Part shown: in pieces, positions 11,986 through 24,788 of the stretch
Numbering within the stretch: the stretch's first letter is position 1
Layout of the letters: each line of letters begins with the position of its first letter
Origin: Eledone cirrhosa
Lineage: Eukaryota
Direction of reading: 5' to 3'
Assembly (NCBI GenBank): GCA_964016885.1
Contig: OZ024740.1
Location: 234,794,001-234,858,000 of the forward strand
DNA length: 64,000 nt
Translations under genes and position numbers: made by a program
Notes under the pieces: generated by a model
The model's database searches: none
What the model was told of the DNA's origin: nothing
What the model saw: only the letters and a program-made list of their open reading frames with translations

Positions 11986-13261
11986 GTAAGAGAGCTACTA
12001 ATCTTTCCTCCACTAATAAATACGCAGCAGAACCAATGAGGAGCCTTCTATGATGGGTTTCTCGACCTGCTAGAAATAACAGCAAAATTTCTCTCATATT
12101 TCATCGACCATCTTAAAAAAAAGAAAGAAAGAAGGCCAGACTAGAGAGGGAAGGTATCCAGTTGGCATGGTCCAATGATTTTGAAGGGACCTACACACCT
12201 CAAGTTCTATTTCTTTTATTCTTGTGTGTTATTTCATACACTCTGCATTAAATTATATGGATTTTTCACTGGTTACTAAAATACTTAATGAGCAGTTTGA
12301 AATGGGGCCTACATCTCACATCTGGACTGGACCTGTTTCAATAGGGAGCCTACAGTTTACATCTGGCTTAGATCTGTTACCAGCTTAGGGAGCTTACATT
12401 TTACATCTAGCGTGGGCCTGTTATCAGCTTTGCACAGGCATGGAAGGGACACATTGGATAATGTAATCCTAGATACAATATAGCTGAAAACAAGCAAAAA
12501 AAAAACTGGAGAGTGACATTTAATTTCATAGTCACATTGTACCAAGATCATACCACTGTGTGGCACCTTCAGCACATGTCTTCTCCCATGGTTTTGGGAT
12601 AATCTGAACATTGTGTCTGAAACTGTGTAGAATCCAACTAGATGCTACTGATCAGAAGGCTTTGATCTAATGTCAAGATTAACACCACTTCCTGGCCCTG
12701 GGTACCTTTAACCTTTTAGCATTTGAACCAGCCAGAATTCTCTCATCTCTTTTAGTTCAAACTGACCGTAACTGGCCACTCATACTGATGTTAAGGTATT
12801 ATTCTCAAGAAATCCCAGTAGAAGGAAGAGGCAGTAGAGGTAGACCACGTAAAACATGGGCGGAGGTGGTGAGAGCAGACCTCAGATTGCTGAAACTCAC
12901 CGAGGAGAATACGAGGAACCGTGACAAGTGGAGAGATGCTATGCTGAATAGGACCCATCCAACCCTTGCAAGCAGGGAAAAGTGGACGTAAAATGATGAT
13001 GATGATGATGATAAGGCCTTTACCATGAAAATACAATAGTACATATAGAGTAATGTAAATGCTAAAGGGTTAATAGTGTCCACTCTGTTATAAGCATTCT
13101 GGTCTGATAATAACTCAATATCTTAATATGCTGCTTCTTACTGCAGTGACTCATAAAGTTATGGTTTCATCCCATCACTTCATGGCTTACTGAAAAGATT
13201 CTACAAAAGGTCATGGGTGCTTTCATTTCTTCCTCTCATATGTTGTGTGTGTGTATGTATG

Positions 13262-13292
<31 letters not shown>

Positions 13293-13649
13293 TATGCTGT
13301 CTTCCCCGCAACCCTGTCATACATGTATCTCTCTCTCTCTCTCCTATATATGTGTATGTGTGTATCTATGTAGTGTGTGTATGCATGTATGTGTATTTAT
13401 GTGAGTGCATGTGTGAAATTTACTGTCCTCACAACTCTGTCACACAGGTTTGTATGTATTGCTAGCAAGGAAAGCAAATGTTAAATGATGATGTATCATC
13501 ATCATCACCATTTAACATGCATTTTTCCATGCTAGCATGGGTTAGACGAGTTTCCTCGTTGTAACGCAAGCTGAGTCAAATTACCACATTTTGCTCATAC
13601 AGGACTGGTTTTGGCTTGGTTTCTACGGCTGGATGCCCTTCCAAATCCC

Positions 13650-14100
13650 AACCACATTTAGTGTGTGCTGGGTGCTTTTTGTTGTGACACCTACACAACC
13701 ACTTTATAGTGTGTTCTGGGTGCTTTTTGTTGTGACACCTACACAACCACATTTAGTGTGTGCTGGGTGCTTTTTGTTGTGACACCTACACAACCACTTT
13801 ACAGTGTGTGCTGGGTGCTTTTTGTTGTGACACCTACACAACCACATTTAGTGTGTGCTGGGTGCTTTTTGTTGAGACACCTACACAACCACTTTACAGT
13901 GTGTGCTGGGTGCTTTTTGTTGTGACACCTACACAACCACTTGACAGTGTGGACTGGGTACTTTTTTGTTGTGACACCTACACAACCACTTTACAGTGTG
14001 GACTGGGAACTTTTTGTTGTGACACCTACACAACCACTTCACAGTGTGGACTGGGAACTTTTTGTTGTGACACCTACATGACCACTTTACCAAGTGGACT
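13650..14100. repeat. 46-49-bp tandem array (~9 copies) derived from the same SINE segment, opposite orientation
   Basis: Unit GTGTGTGCTGGGTGCTTTTTGTTGTGACACCTACACAACCACTTTACA; contiguous with a SINE core at 13500-13650. Confidence 0.9.
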
Positions 14101-14299
14101 GGGGGTGGAGGTTTGTGGAGATTGAGGAGGTAGATCTTGGGACATTTTTGAGGGGTGTAGTGTTCAGGCATGCGTAGTGTTAAGATGTGGGTGGAATGTT
14201 AGGAAATGGGAGGTGCAAGAAGGGGAGGGACATGGATGAAGGGAGGGGTGTGAGTGTTTATCCTTATATATTATGTATGTGAGTGAGTATAATGAAATT

Positions 14300-14690
14300 A
14301 TTGTCTACAATGCTCAGGTGCACTACAACTCATCAAAGGTGCATGTATAGTACATAGAATAATGTACAAATGTCAGGAAAGTGAACAGTGTATGAGTCAT
14401 GATATACATGTGTGCGTGTGTATGGAGGGAAGATATCAGGTGTAGTGTTGGCGAATTTCAGGAATCGTGGAAGTTTTAAAGGATGCAGTGTCTCGGCAGC
14501 TAACAACTGATGCAGGTAGTTTGTTCCATGCTTCAGCAACTCTGAGCATGAAAAATGTTTCCAAAAGTCATGGGAGCTGTGCTGTTTTCTGACTTTGTTG
14601 GCATACCCACATGTGTTAGACACATGGAATTCAAAAGTTGTTCAGAGTTGTTGTTGGCAAGATGGTTAATAATTTTGTGGGTGTCTGTAT
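14300..14690 (-). mobile_element. CR1-type LINE 3' end (second copy at ~55800-56040, + strand)
   Basis: Frameshifted xGYANKVRKQHSSHDFWKHF..RVAEAWNKLPASVVSCRDTASFK, a typical CR1 ORF2 C-terminus; 3' UTR shared with 55800-56040. Confidence 0.72.
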
Positions 14691-14814
14691 ATATTTATGT
14701 ATGTGAGTGTGTATCCATACATATTTCTGTATGTGAGTGTGTATCTATATATATATATTTATGTCTTCCTCCACTGTACCAAGTTTATGGTGTTTCTGTT
14801 GTTCCTCTACATAG

Positions 14815-14889
14815 GGTCTGGATGTTTTAGAAATAATGAGGAATATTCATGTTTTTGTCTCCAAATACCAATATAACTTAAACAATCAG
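14815..14889 (+). CDS. WASHC4: WASHC4 exon D (GC splice donor)
   Basis: catAG acceptor; [25 protein letters not shown]; followed by CAG|GCaagt; phase 0-0. Confidence 0.95.
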
Positions 14890-15361
14890 GCAAGTTTCCA
14901 TTTTACTCTCTTCTTTTCTCTCTCTCTCTCTCTCTCTCCTCCTCTCTCTCTCTTCTTCTTCTCTCCACCATCCCCTCTCTCCCTCTCTCTCTCGCTCTCA
15001 GAGGCAATATTTTACAATCAGAAGCCTTTCCTATTGCCATCCATTTTAGATACCCAAGCATACAATATATCTATTCTAAAACAGACAAACACTCTGTCCT
15101 TTTGTTAGTTAATACATTATTATCAATTTAGACACCTCGTTATATTTGTGAAATTTAGGGCAGTAGATTGGCAGAATCATTAGAGCATTGGACAAAATGT
15201 TTTGCAGTATTTAGGCACGCTCATATCCCAATGAGGTTAACTTTGCCTATCAACAAAATGAAGTACTAGTCAAACACTGGTGTCAATATAATCAACTTTC
15301 CCCTCACCACAAATTGCTGACCTTGTGCCCTCATTGTATTAACGGAATTCAGAAATTTTAA

Positions 15362-15514
<153 letters not shown>

Positions 15515-16166
15515 TAACTTACTTTCGTCTTACTTGTTAGTGCAACCTTGGGTAAAGATGAAGGGGATAAATTTATTATTGGTATTTCATATATATACAC
15601 ATGTGTATATATATATATATATCATCATCATCGTATACCAGTTAACATCCCTTTTCCATACTTCCATGGGTACCTTGCTCCAATGGGACTGTAAATTTCG
15701 CCAGGGATTTTACAGTTGGATACCCTTCCTAACACCAACCGCATTTAATATATATATATATATCATCATCATCATCATCATCATCATCGTTTAACGTCCA
15801 TGTTCCACGCTTTCATGGCTTTGGACGGGAGTTTTCCCACTCAAGGCAAGATTGGTCGTCTCCCTCGTATAGGACTGTCTGGCGGGTTTTCTACAGCTGG
15901 ATGCCCTTCCTAACACCAACCACATTTACAGTGTGGACTGGGAGGTTTTTACCATGTTGCCTACACGGCCACATTACAGCGTGGACTGTGTGTTTTTTTT
16001 TGTCATGACACCTACACGATCTCATTTGTTTTGGCCTGGATGGTGTGGCACCAACATAACTTTACAAAGGGGCGGTGTGGATGGGGTGGGGGTGGGAGGA
16101 CGGGGGTGTATTTTGTTAGAGATGCCTACTGACTGTAGTAGGTTTTACTTTGTATTTAGGTAAGGT

Positions 16167-16206
<40 letters not shown>

Positions 16207-16539
16207 ATGCTAGCATGGAAAATAGACGTTAAACGATGATGATATATATTCATATATATAAGGGTCAGCTGAAAAGTTCATAGGCTGACCAAGATGCTCT
16301 CATGGATTGACCAAATGAATTTTATTTTTCAACATGATCCCTGAAAAGAAACTATGCAGTTATTAATACATGTTTATGTGAGATACGGCGAAATATATGC
16401 AAAGAAAATAACAGAGATGCCGTAATTATGTCGTTTAGCAAAGTGAGAAGAACTGATTCATGCTTTGCAATAAATTAAAAGGGTAATTTTCATTTTGAAT
16501 TAACCAAATATTTTCCTGCGACCATGTATGGAAAAATTG

Positions 16540-19500
16540 TCACACCTACTGTATATCAACTGTTCACTGTGTTACACCTATTCTATTTCAACTATTCACT
16601 GTGTTACACCTATCTTATTTTTACTATTCACTGTCCTGTCACACTTATTGTATCGCAACTGTTCACTGTATTACACCTATCCTATCTAAACTGTTCACAG
16701 TGTTACACATATTCTATCTCTACTATTCACTGTCACACCTACTGTATCTCAACTGTTCACTGTTACACCTACTGTATCTCAACTGTTCACTGTCACATCT
16801 ACTGTATCTCAACTGTTCACTGTATTACACCTACTGTATCTCAACTGTTCACTGTCACACCTACTGTATCTCAACTGTTCACTGTCACACCTACTGTATC
16901 TCAACTGTTCACTGTAACATCTACTGTATCTTAACTGTTCACTGTATTAAACCTACTGTATCTCAACTGTTCACTGTCACACCTACTGTATCTCAACTGT
17001 TCACTGTCACACCTACTGTATCTCAACTGTTCACTGTCACATCTACTGTATCTCAACTGTTCACTGTCACATCTACTGTATCTCAACTGTTCACTGTCAC
17101 ACCTACTGTATCTCAACTGTTCACTGTCACACCTACTGTATCTCAACTGTTCACTGTCACACCTACTGTATCTCAACTGTTCACTGTCACATCTACTGTA
17201 TCTCAACTGTTCACTGTCACACCGACTGTATCTCAACTGTTCACTGGCACATCTACTGTATCTCAACTGTTCACTGTCAGATCTACTGAATCTCAACTGT
17301 TCACTGTCACACCTACTGTATCTCAACTGTTCACTGTCACACCTCTGTATCTCAACTGTTCACTGTCACATCTACTGTATCTCAACTGTTCACTGTCACA
17401 TCTACTGTATCTCTACTGTTCACTGTCACACCTACTGTATCTCAAGTATTCACTGTCACACCTACTGTATCTCAACTGTTCACTGTCACACCTACTGTAT
17501 CTCAACTGTTCACTGTCACATCTACTGTATCTCAACTGTTCACTGTCACATCTACTGTATCTCTACTGTTCACTGTCACACCTACTGTATCTCAAGTATT
17601 CACTGTCACACCTACTGTATCTCAACTGTTCACTGTCACACCTACTGTATCTCAACTGTTCACTGTCACATCTACTGTATCTCAACTGTTCACTGTCACA
17701 TCTACTGTATCTCAACTGTTCACTGTCACACCGACTGTATCTCAACTGTTCACTGTCACATCTACTGTATCTCAACTGTTCACTGTCACACCTACTGTAT
17801 CTCAACTGTTCACTGTCACACCTACTGTATCTCAACTGTTCACTGTCACACCTACTGTATCTCAACTGTTCACTGTCACATCTACTGTATCTCAACTGTT
17901 CACTGTCACATCTACTGTATCTCAACTGTTCACTGTCACACCGACTGTATCTCAACTGTTCACTGTCACATCTACTGTATCTCAACTGTTCACTGTCACA
18001 CCTACTGTATCTCAACTGTTCACTGTCACACCTACTGTATCTCAACTGTTCACTGTCACACCTACTGTATCTCAACTGTTCACTGTCACACCTACTGTAT
18101 CTCTACTGTTCACTGTCACACCTACTGTATCTCAACTTTTCACTGTCACACCTACTGTATCTCAACTGTTCACTGTCACACCTACTGTATCTCTACTATT
18201 CACTGTCACATCTACTGTATCTCAACGGTTCACTGTCACATCTACTGTATCTCAACTGTTCACTGTCACACCTACTTTATCTCAACTGTTCACTGTCACA
18301 CCTACTGTATCTCAACTGTTCACTGTATTACACCTACTGTATCTCAACTGTTCACTGTCACATCTACTGTATCTCAACTGTTCACTGTCACATCTACTGT
18401 ATCTCTGCTGTTCACAGTCACACCTACTGTATCTCAACTGTTCACTGTCACATCTACTGTATCTCAACTGTTCACTGTCACACCTACTTTATCTCAACTG
18501 TTCACTGTCACACCTACTGTATCTCTACTGTTCACTGTCACACCTACTGTATATCAACTGTTCACTGTCACATCTACTGTATCTCAACTGTTCACTGTCA
18601 CACCTACTTTATCTCAACTGTTCACTGTCACACCTACTGTATCTCAACTGTTCACTGTATTACACCTACTGTATCTCAACTGTTCACTGTATTACACCTA
18701 CTGTATCTCAACTGTTCACTGTCACACCTACTGTATCTCAACTGTTCACTGTATTACACCTACTGTATCTCAACTGTTCACTGTCACACCTACTGTATCT
18801 CAACTGTTCACTGTCACACCTACTGTATCTCAACTGTTCACTGTCACATCTACTGTATCTCAACTGTTCACTGTCACATCTACTGTATCTCAACTGTTCA
18901 CTGTCACACCTACTGTATCTCAACTGTTCACTGTCACACCGACTGTATCTCAACTGTTCACTGTCACATCTACTGTATCTCTACTCTTCACTGTCACACC
19001 TACTGTATATCAACTGTTCACTGTCACATCTACTGTATCTCAACTGTTCACTGTCACCTACTTTATCTCAACTGTTCACTGTCACACCTACTGTATCTCA
19101 ACTGTTCACTGTATTACACCTACTGTATCTCAACTGTTCACTGTATTACACCTATTGTATCTCAACTGTTCACTGTCACACCTACTGTATCTCAACAGTT
19201 CACTGTATTACACCTACTGTATCTCAACTGTTCACTGTCACACCTACTGTATCTCAACTGTTCACTGTCACACCTACTGTATCTCAACTGTTCACTGTCA
19301 CATCTACTGTATCTCACCTGTTCACTGTCACATCTACTGTATCTCAACTGTTCACTGTCACACCTACTGTATCTCAACTGTTCACTGTCACACCTACTGT
19401 ATCTCAACTGTTCACTGTCACACCTACTGTATCTCAACTGTTCACTGTCACATCTACTGTATCTCAACTGTTCACTGTCACACCTACTGTATCTCAACTG

Positions 19501-22500
19501 TTCACTGTATTACACCTACTGTATCTCAACTGTTCACTGTCACATCTACTGTATCTCAACTGTTCACTGTCACATCTACTGTATCTCAACTGTTCACTGT
19601 CACACCTACTGTATCTCAACTGTTCACTGTCACACCTACTGTATCTCAACTGTTCACTGTCACACCTACTGTATCTCAACTGTTCACTGTCACATCTACT
19701 GTATCTCAACTGTTCACTGTCACACCTACTGTATCTCAACTGTTCACTGTATTACACCTACTGTATCTCAACTGTTCACTGTCACACCGAAGGTATCTCA
19801 ACTGTTCACTGTCACACCTACTGTATCTGAACTGTTCACTGTCAGATCTAGTGAATCTCAACTGTTCACTGTCACACCTACTGTATCTCAACTGTTCACT
19901 GTCACACCTCTGTATCTCAACTGTTCACTGTCACATCTACTGTATCTCAACTGTTCACTGTCACATCTACTGTATCTCTACTGTTCACTGTCACACCTAC
20001 TGTATCTCAAGTATTCACTGTCACACCTGCTGTATCTCAACTGTTCACTGTCACACCTACTGTATCTCAACTGTTCACTGTCACATCTACTGTATCTCAA
20101 CTGTTCACTGTCACATCTACTGTATCTCTACTGTTCACTGTCACACCTACTGTATCTCAAGTATTCACTGTCACACCTACTGTACCTCAACTGTTCACTG
20201 TCACACCTACTGTATCTCAACTGTTCACTGTCACATCTACTGTATCTCAACTGTTCACTGTCACATCTACTGTATCTCAACTGTTCACTGTCACACCGAC
20301 TGTATCTCAACTGTTCACTGTCACATCTACTGTATCTCAACTGTTCACTGTCACACCTACTGTATCTCAACTGTTCACTGTCACACCTACTGTATCTCAA
20401 CTGTTCACTGTCACACCTACTGTATCTCAACTGTTCACTGTCACACCTACTGTATCTCTACTGTTCACTGTCACACCTACTGTATCTCAACTGTTCACTG
20501 TCACACCTACTGTATCTCAACTGTTCACTGTCACACCTACTGTATCTCTACTATTCACTGTCACATCTACTGTATCTCAACTGTTCACTGTCACATCTAC
20601 TGTATATCAACTGTTCATTGTCACACCTACTGTATCTCAACTGTTCACTGTCACATCTACTGTATCTCAACTGTTCACTGTCACACCTACTGTATCTCAA
20701 CTGTTCACTGTCACACCTACTGTATCTCAACTGTTCACTGTATTACACCTACTGTATCTCAACTGTTCACTGTCACATCTACTGTATCTCAACTGTTCAC
20801 TGTCACATCTACTGTATCTCTACTGTTCACAGTCACACCTACTGTATCTCAACTGTTCACTGTCACATCTACTGTATCTCAACTGTTCACTGTATTACAC
20901 CTACTGTATCTCAACTGTTCACTGTCACATCTACTGTATCTCAACTGTTCACTGTCACATCTACTGTATCTCAACTGTTCACTGTCACATCTACTGTATA
21001 TCAACTGTTCATTGTCACACCTACTGTATCTCAACTGTTCACTGTCAGATCTAATGTATCTCAACTGTTCACTGTCACATCTACTGTATCTCAACTGTTC
21101 ACTGTCACACCTACTGTATCTCAACTGTTCACTGTCACACCTACTGTATCTCAACTGTTCACTGTATTACACCTACTGTATCTCAACTGTTCACTGTCAC
21201 ATCTACTGCATCTCAACTGTTCACTGTCACATCTACTGTATCTCTACTGTTCACAGTCACACCTACTGTATCTCAACTGTTCACTGTCACATCTACTGTA
21301 TCTCAACTGTTCACTGTCACACCTACTTTATCTCAACTGTTCACTGTCACACCTACTGTATCTCAACTGTTCACTGTCACATCTACTGTATCTCAACTGT
21401 TCACTGTCACATCTACTGTATCTCAACTTTCACTGGCACATCTACTGTATCTCAACTGTTCACTGTCACACCTACTTTATCTCAACTGTTCACTGTCACA
21501 CCTACTGTATCTCTACTGTTCACTGTCACACCTACTGTATATCAACTGTTCACTGTCACATCTACTGTATCTCAACTGTTCACTGTCACACCTACTTTAT
21601 CTCAACTGTTCACTGTCACACCTACTGTATCTCAACTGTTCACTGTATTACACCTACTGTATCTCAACTGTTCACTGTATTACACCTACTGTATCTCAAC
21701 TGTTCACTGTCACACCTACTGTATCTCAACTGTTCACTGTATTACACCTACTGTATCTCAACTGTTCACTGTCACACCTACTGTATCTCTACTATTCACT
21801 GTCACACCTACTGTATCTCAACTGTTCACTGTCACACCTACTGTATCTCAACTGTTCACTGTCACACCTACTGTATCTCAACTGTTCACTGTCACACCTA
21901 CTGTATCTCAACTGTTCACTGTCACACCTACTGTATCTCAACTGTTCACTGTATTACACCTACTGTATCTCAACTGTTCACTGTCACACCTACTGTATCT
22001 CAACTGTTCACTGTATTACACCTACTGTATCTCAACTGTTCACTGTCACACCTACTGTATCTCAACTGTTCACTGTATTACACCTACTGTATCTCAACTG
22101 TTCACTGTCACACCTACTGTATCTCTACTATTCACTGTCCCACCTACTGTATCTCAACTGTTCACTGTCACACCTACTGTATCTCAACTCTTCACTGTCA
22201 CACCTACTGTATCTCAACTGTTCACTGTCACACCTACTGTATCTCAACTGTTCACTGTCACACCTACTGTATCTCAAATGTTCACTGTCACACCTACTGT
22301 ATCTCAACTGTTCACTGTCACACCTACTTTATCTTAACTGTTTACTGTGTTACACCTACTGTATCTCAATTGTTCACTGTCACACTTACTGTATCTATAT
22401 TCATCACTGTCACACCTACTGTATCTCAACTGTTCACTGTCACACCTACTGTATCTCAACTGTTCACTGTCACACCTACTGTATCTCAACTGTTCACTGT

Positions 22501-23405
22501 GTTACACCTACTGTATCTCAACTGTTCACTGTCACACCTACTGTATCTCAACTGTTCACTGTCACACCTACTATATCTCAACTGTTCACTGTCACACCTA
22601 CTGTATCTCAACTGTTCACTGTCACACCTACTGTATCTCAACTGTTCACTGTCACACCTACTGTATCTCAACTGTTCACTGTGTTACACCTACTGTATCT
22701 CAACTGTTCACTGTCACACCTACTGTATCTCAACTGTTCACTGTCACACCTACTGTATCTCAACTGTTCACTGTCACACCTACTGTATCTCAACTGTTCA
22801 CTGTCACACCTACTGTATCTCAACTGTTCACTGTCACACTTACTGTATCTATATTCATCACTGTCACACTTACTGTATCTATATTCATCACTGTCACACT
22901 TACTGTATCTATATTCATCACTGTCACACTTACAGTATCTATATTAATCACTGTCACACTTACTGTATCTATATTCATCACTGTCACACTTACTGTATCT
23001 CAACTGTTCACTGTATTACACCTACTGTATCTCAACTGTTCACTGTCACACCTACTGTATCTCAACTGTTCACTGTCACACCTACTGTATCTCAACTGTT
23101 CACTGTGTTACACCTACTGTATCTCAACTGTTCACTGTCACACCTACTGTATCTCAACTGTTCACTGTCACACCTACTGTATCTCAACTGTTCACTGTCA
23201 CACCTACTGTATCTCAACTGTTCACTGTCACACCTACTGTATCTCAACTGTTCACTGTGTTACACCTACTGTATCTCAACTGTTCACTGTCACACCTACT
23301 GTATCTCAACTGTTCACTGTCACACCTACTGTATCTCTACTATTCACTGTCACATCTACTGTATCTCAACTGTTCACTGTCACACCTATCTCTACTATTC
23401 ACTGT
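16540..23405. repeat. 30-bp minisatellite array (~6.9 kb, >200 copies) filling most of intron E-F
   Basis: Unit CACCTACTGTATCTCAACTGTTCACTGTCA, with 32-bp variants (gtatta/gtgtta). Confidence 0.98.
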
Positions 23406-23419
23406 GGCATATTTTCCAG

Positions 23420-23509
23420 GTAAACTTTACATACCAGTTCCTACGCAAGAAGTTCTTCATATTCTCCCAGTTTATGTTTGATGAACACATCAAGTCACGA
23501 CTGATCAAG
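23420..23509 (+). CDS. WASHC4: WASHC4 exon F
   Basis: ttccAG / GTactt; [30 protein letters not shown]; phase 0-0. Confidence 0.97.
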
Positions 23510-23977
23510 GTACTTAATTGTTTTATTTAGAGCACATACACATATACACATACAAATAATGCCCCCAATCCACACTGTAAAGTGGTTGGAGATAGGAAGG
23601 GCATCCTTCCAGAAAAAAACTAACAAAAACATTAAAATTATGACAAATATGAAGTGCCAGGAAATCCCAGTGGAAGGGAGCAAGCAGCAGTAGAGGTAGA
23701 TAAAGAAATACCTGGGCAGTGGTTGTGAGAGCTGACCTCAAATCACTGAGACTCCCAGAGGAGATGATGAAGAAACGCAACAAGTGGGGAGATGCCATGC
23801 TGAGAAGGACCCATCCAGCCCATGCAAGCGTGGAAAAACATGTAAAAATGATAATGATGACGATGTGTATATCATCATCATCATTTAATGTCCCACTTCC
23901 ACTCTAGTATGGGTTGGACGGTTTAGTCCCACTTGAGGTGAGATTGGTCAGAAGACTATGTCTCGCTTGTATAGAAC

Positions 23978-24011
<34 letters not shown>

Positions 24012-24289
24012 CATATACAATGGCTGCAACTCGATTTTGTGTAATGTCATCAGTTGATACTTAAGCATAAGTATCACAGACGGGGCTTTTTAGTTCTGCT
24101 AGAGACTTGCCTTCCCCATCAATGCTGTGTATCGCAAAAAATGTCACATATCAAGTGTTGCCTGTGCTTAAAACTTTTTTAAGTGAGGAAAGGCTTTGCA
24201 TGGAGCCAATACCACTCTCTGAACATCGAATGCATTTGCCCAAAATGTAGAACAGTTCTACATCATGGATGCAAATGACATCAGAGGTT

Positions 24290-24680
24290 TTATATCAGAG
24301 TGACCTTCTCCTAGAGAGATGTCTGAATGAAGAGAAACCTTTTGTTGTCAACAGAAGTGGAAGTTCCCTGAACTTTTTCCAGCCTGTTCTTATTTTGGCT
24401 ACTATGCTCTCAGAAAACCTCCTCCACTTCTAATTAATTAAATCACCTATGTAGTGGATCCTTCTTGGGATTGGAAAAAGGATTTTATAGATGCTCTTAC
24501 TACTAACTAACTCTGTACATCTGTTACATACAAAGTCTATCTTTTCTGTTAGCCTGTCTGATATCCCTCTATTCCTTTTGTGTTCTCAAGATTTATATTG
24601 TGTACATCATATAGAGTTTCTACCGACTCCTTTTCTACATATTGAGCAGGGTCACTTTTTTAGTAGGATCAGGATTTTTT
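24290..24680 (-). mobile_element. Decayed RTE LINE fragment
   Basis: Minus-strand ...SGGGFLRA/SIVAKIRTGWKKFRELPLLL, similar to 53820-53920. Confidence 0.6.
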
Positions 24681-24743
24681 CTTAACAACACACTGTACCC
24701 TTATAAATTCTATTTCTATCATTATTACATCATTCTATTGCAG

Positions 24744-24788
24744 GACTTGAAATTTTTCAAGGAACACCACATACAAACTGACCAGAAG
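24744..24788 (+). CDS. WASHC4: WASHC4 exon G (45 nt)
   Basis: ttgcAG / GTactg; DLKFFKEHHIQTDQK, same length as human DIRFFREIKDQNDHK; phase 0-0. Confidence 0.9.

Noticed and set aside
16601-23530. 2309-aa ORF and overlapping long ORFs
   Set aside because: Translation of a stop-poor 30-bp satellite that is open in several frames; only the last 30 codons before the donor (23420-23509) are a real WASHC4 exon
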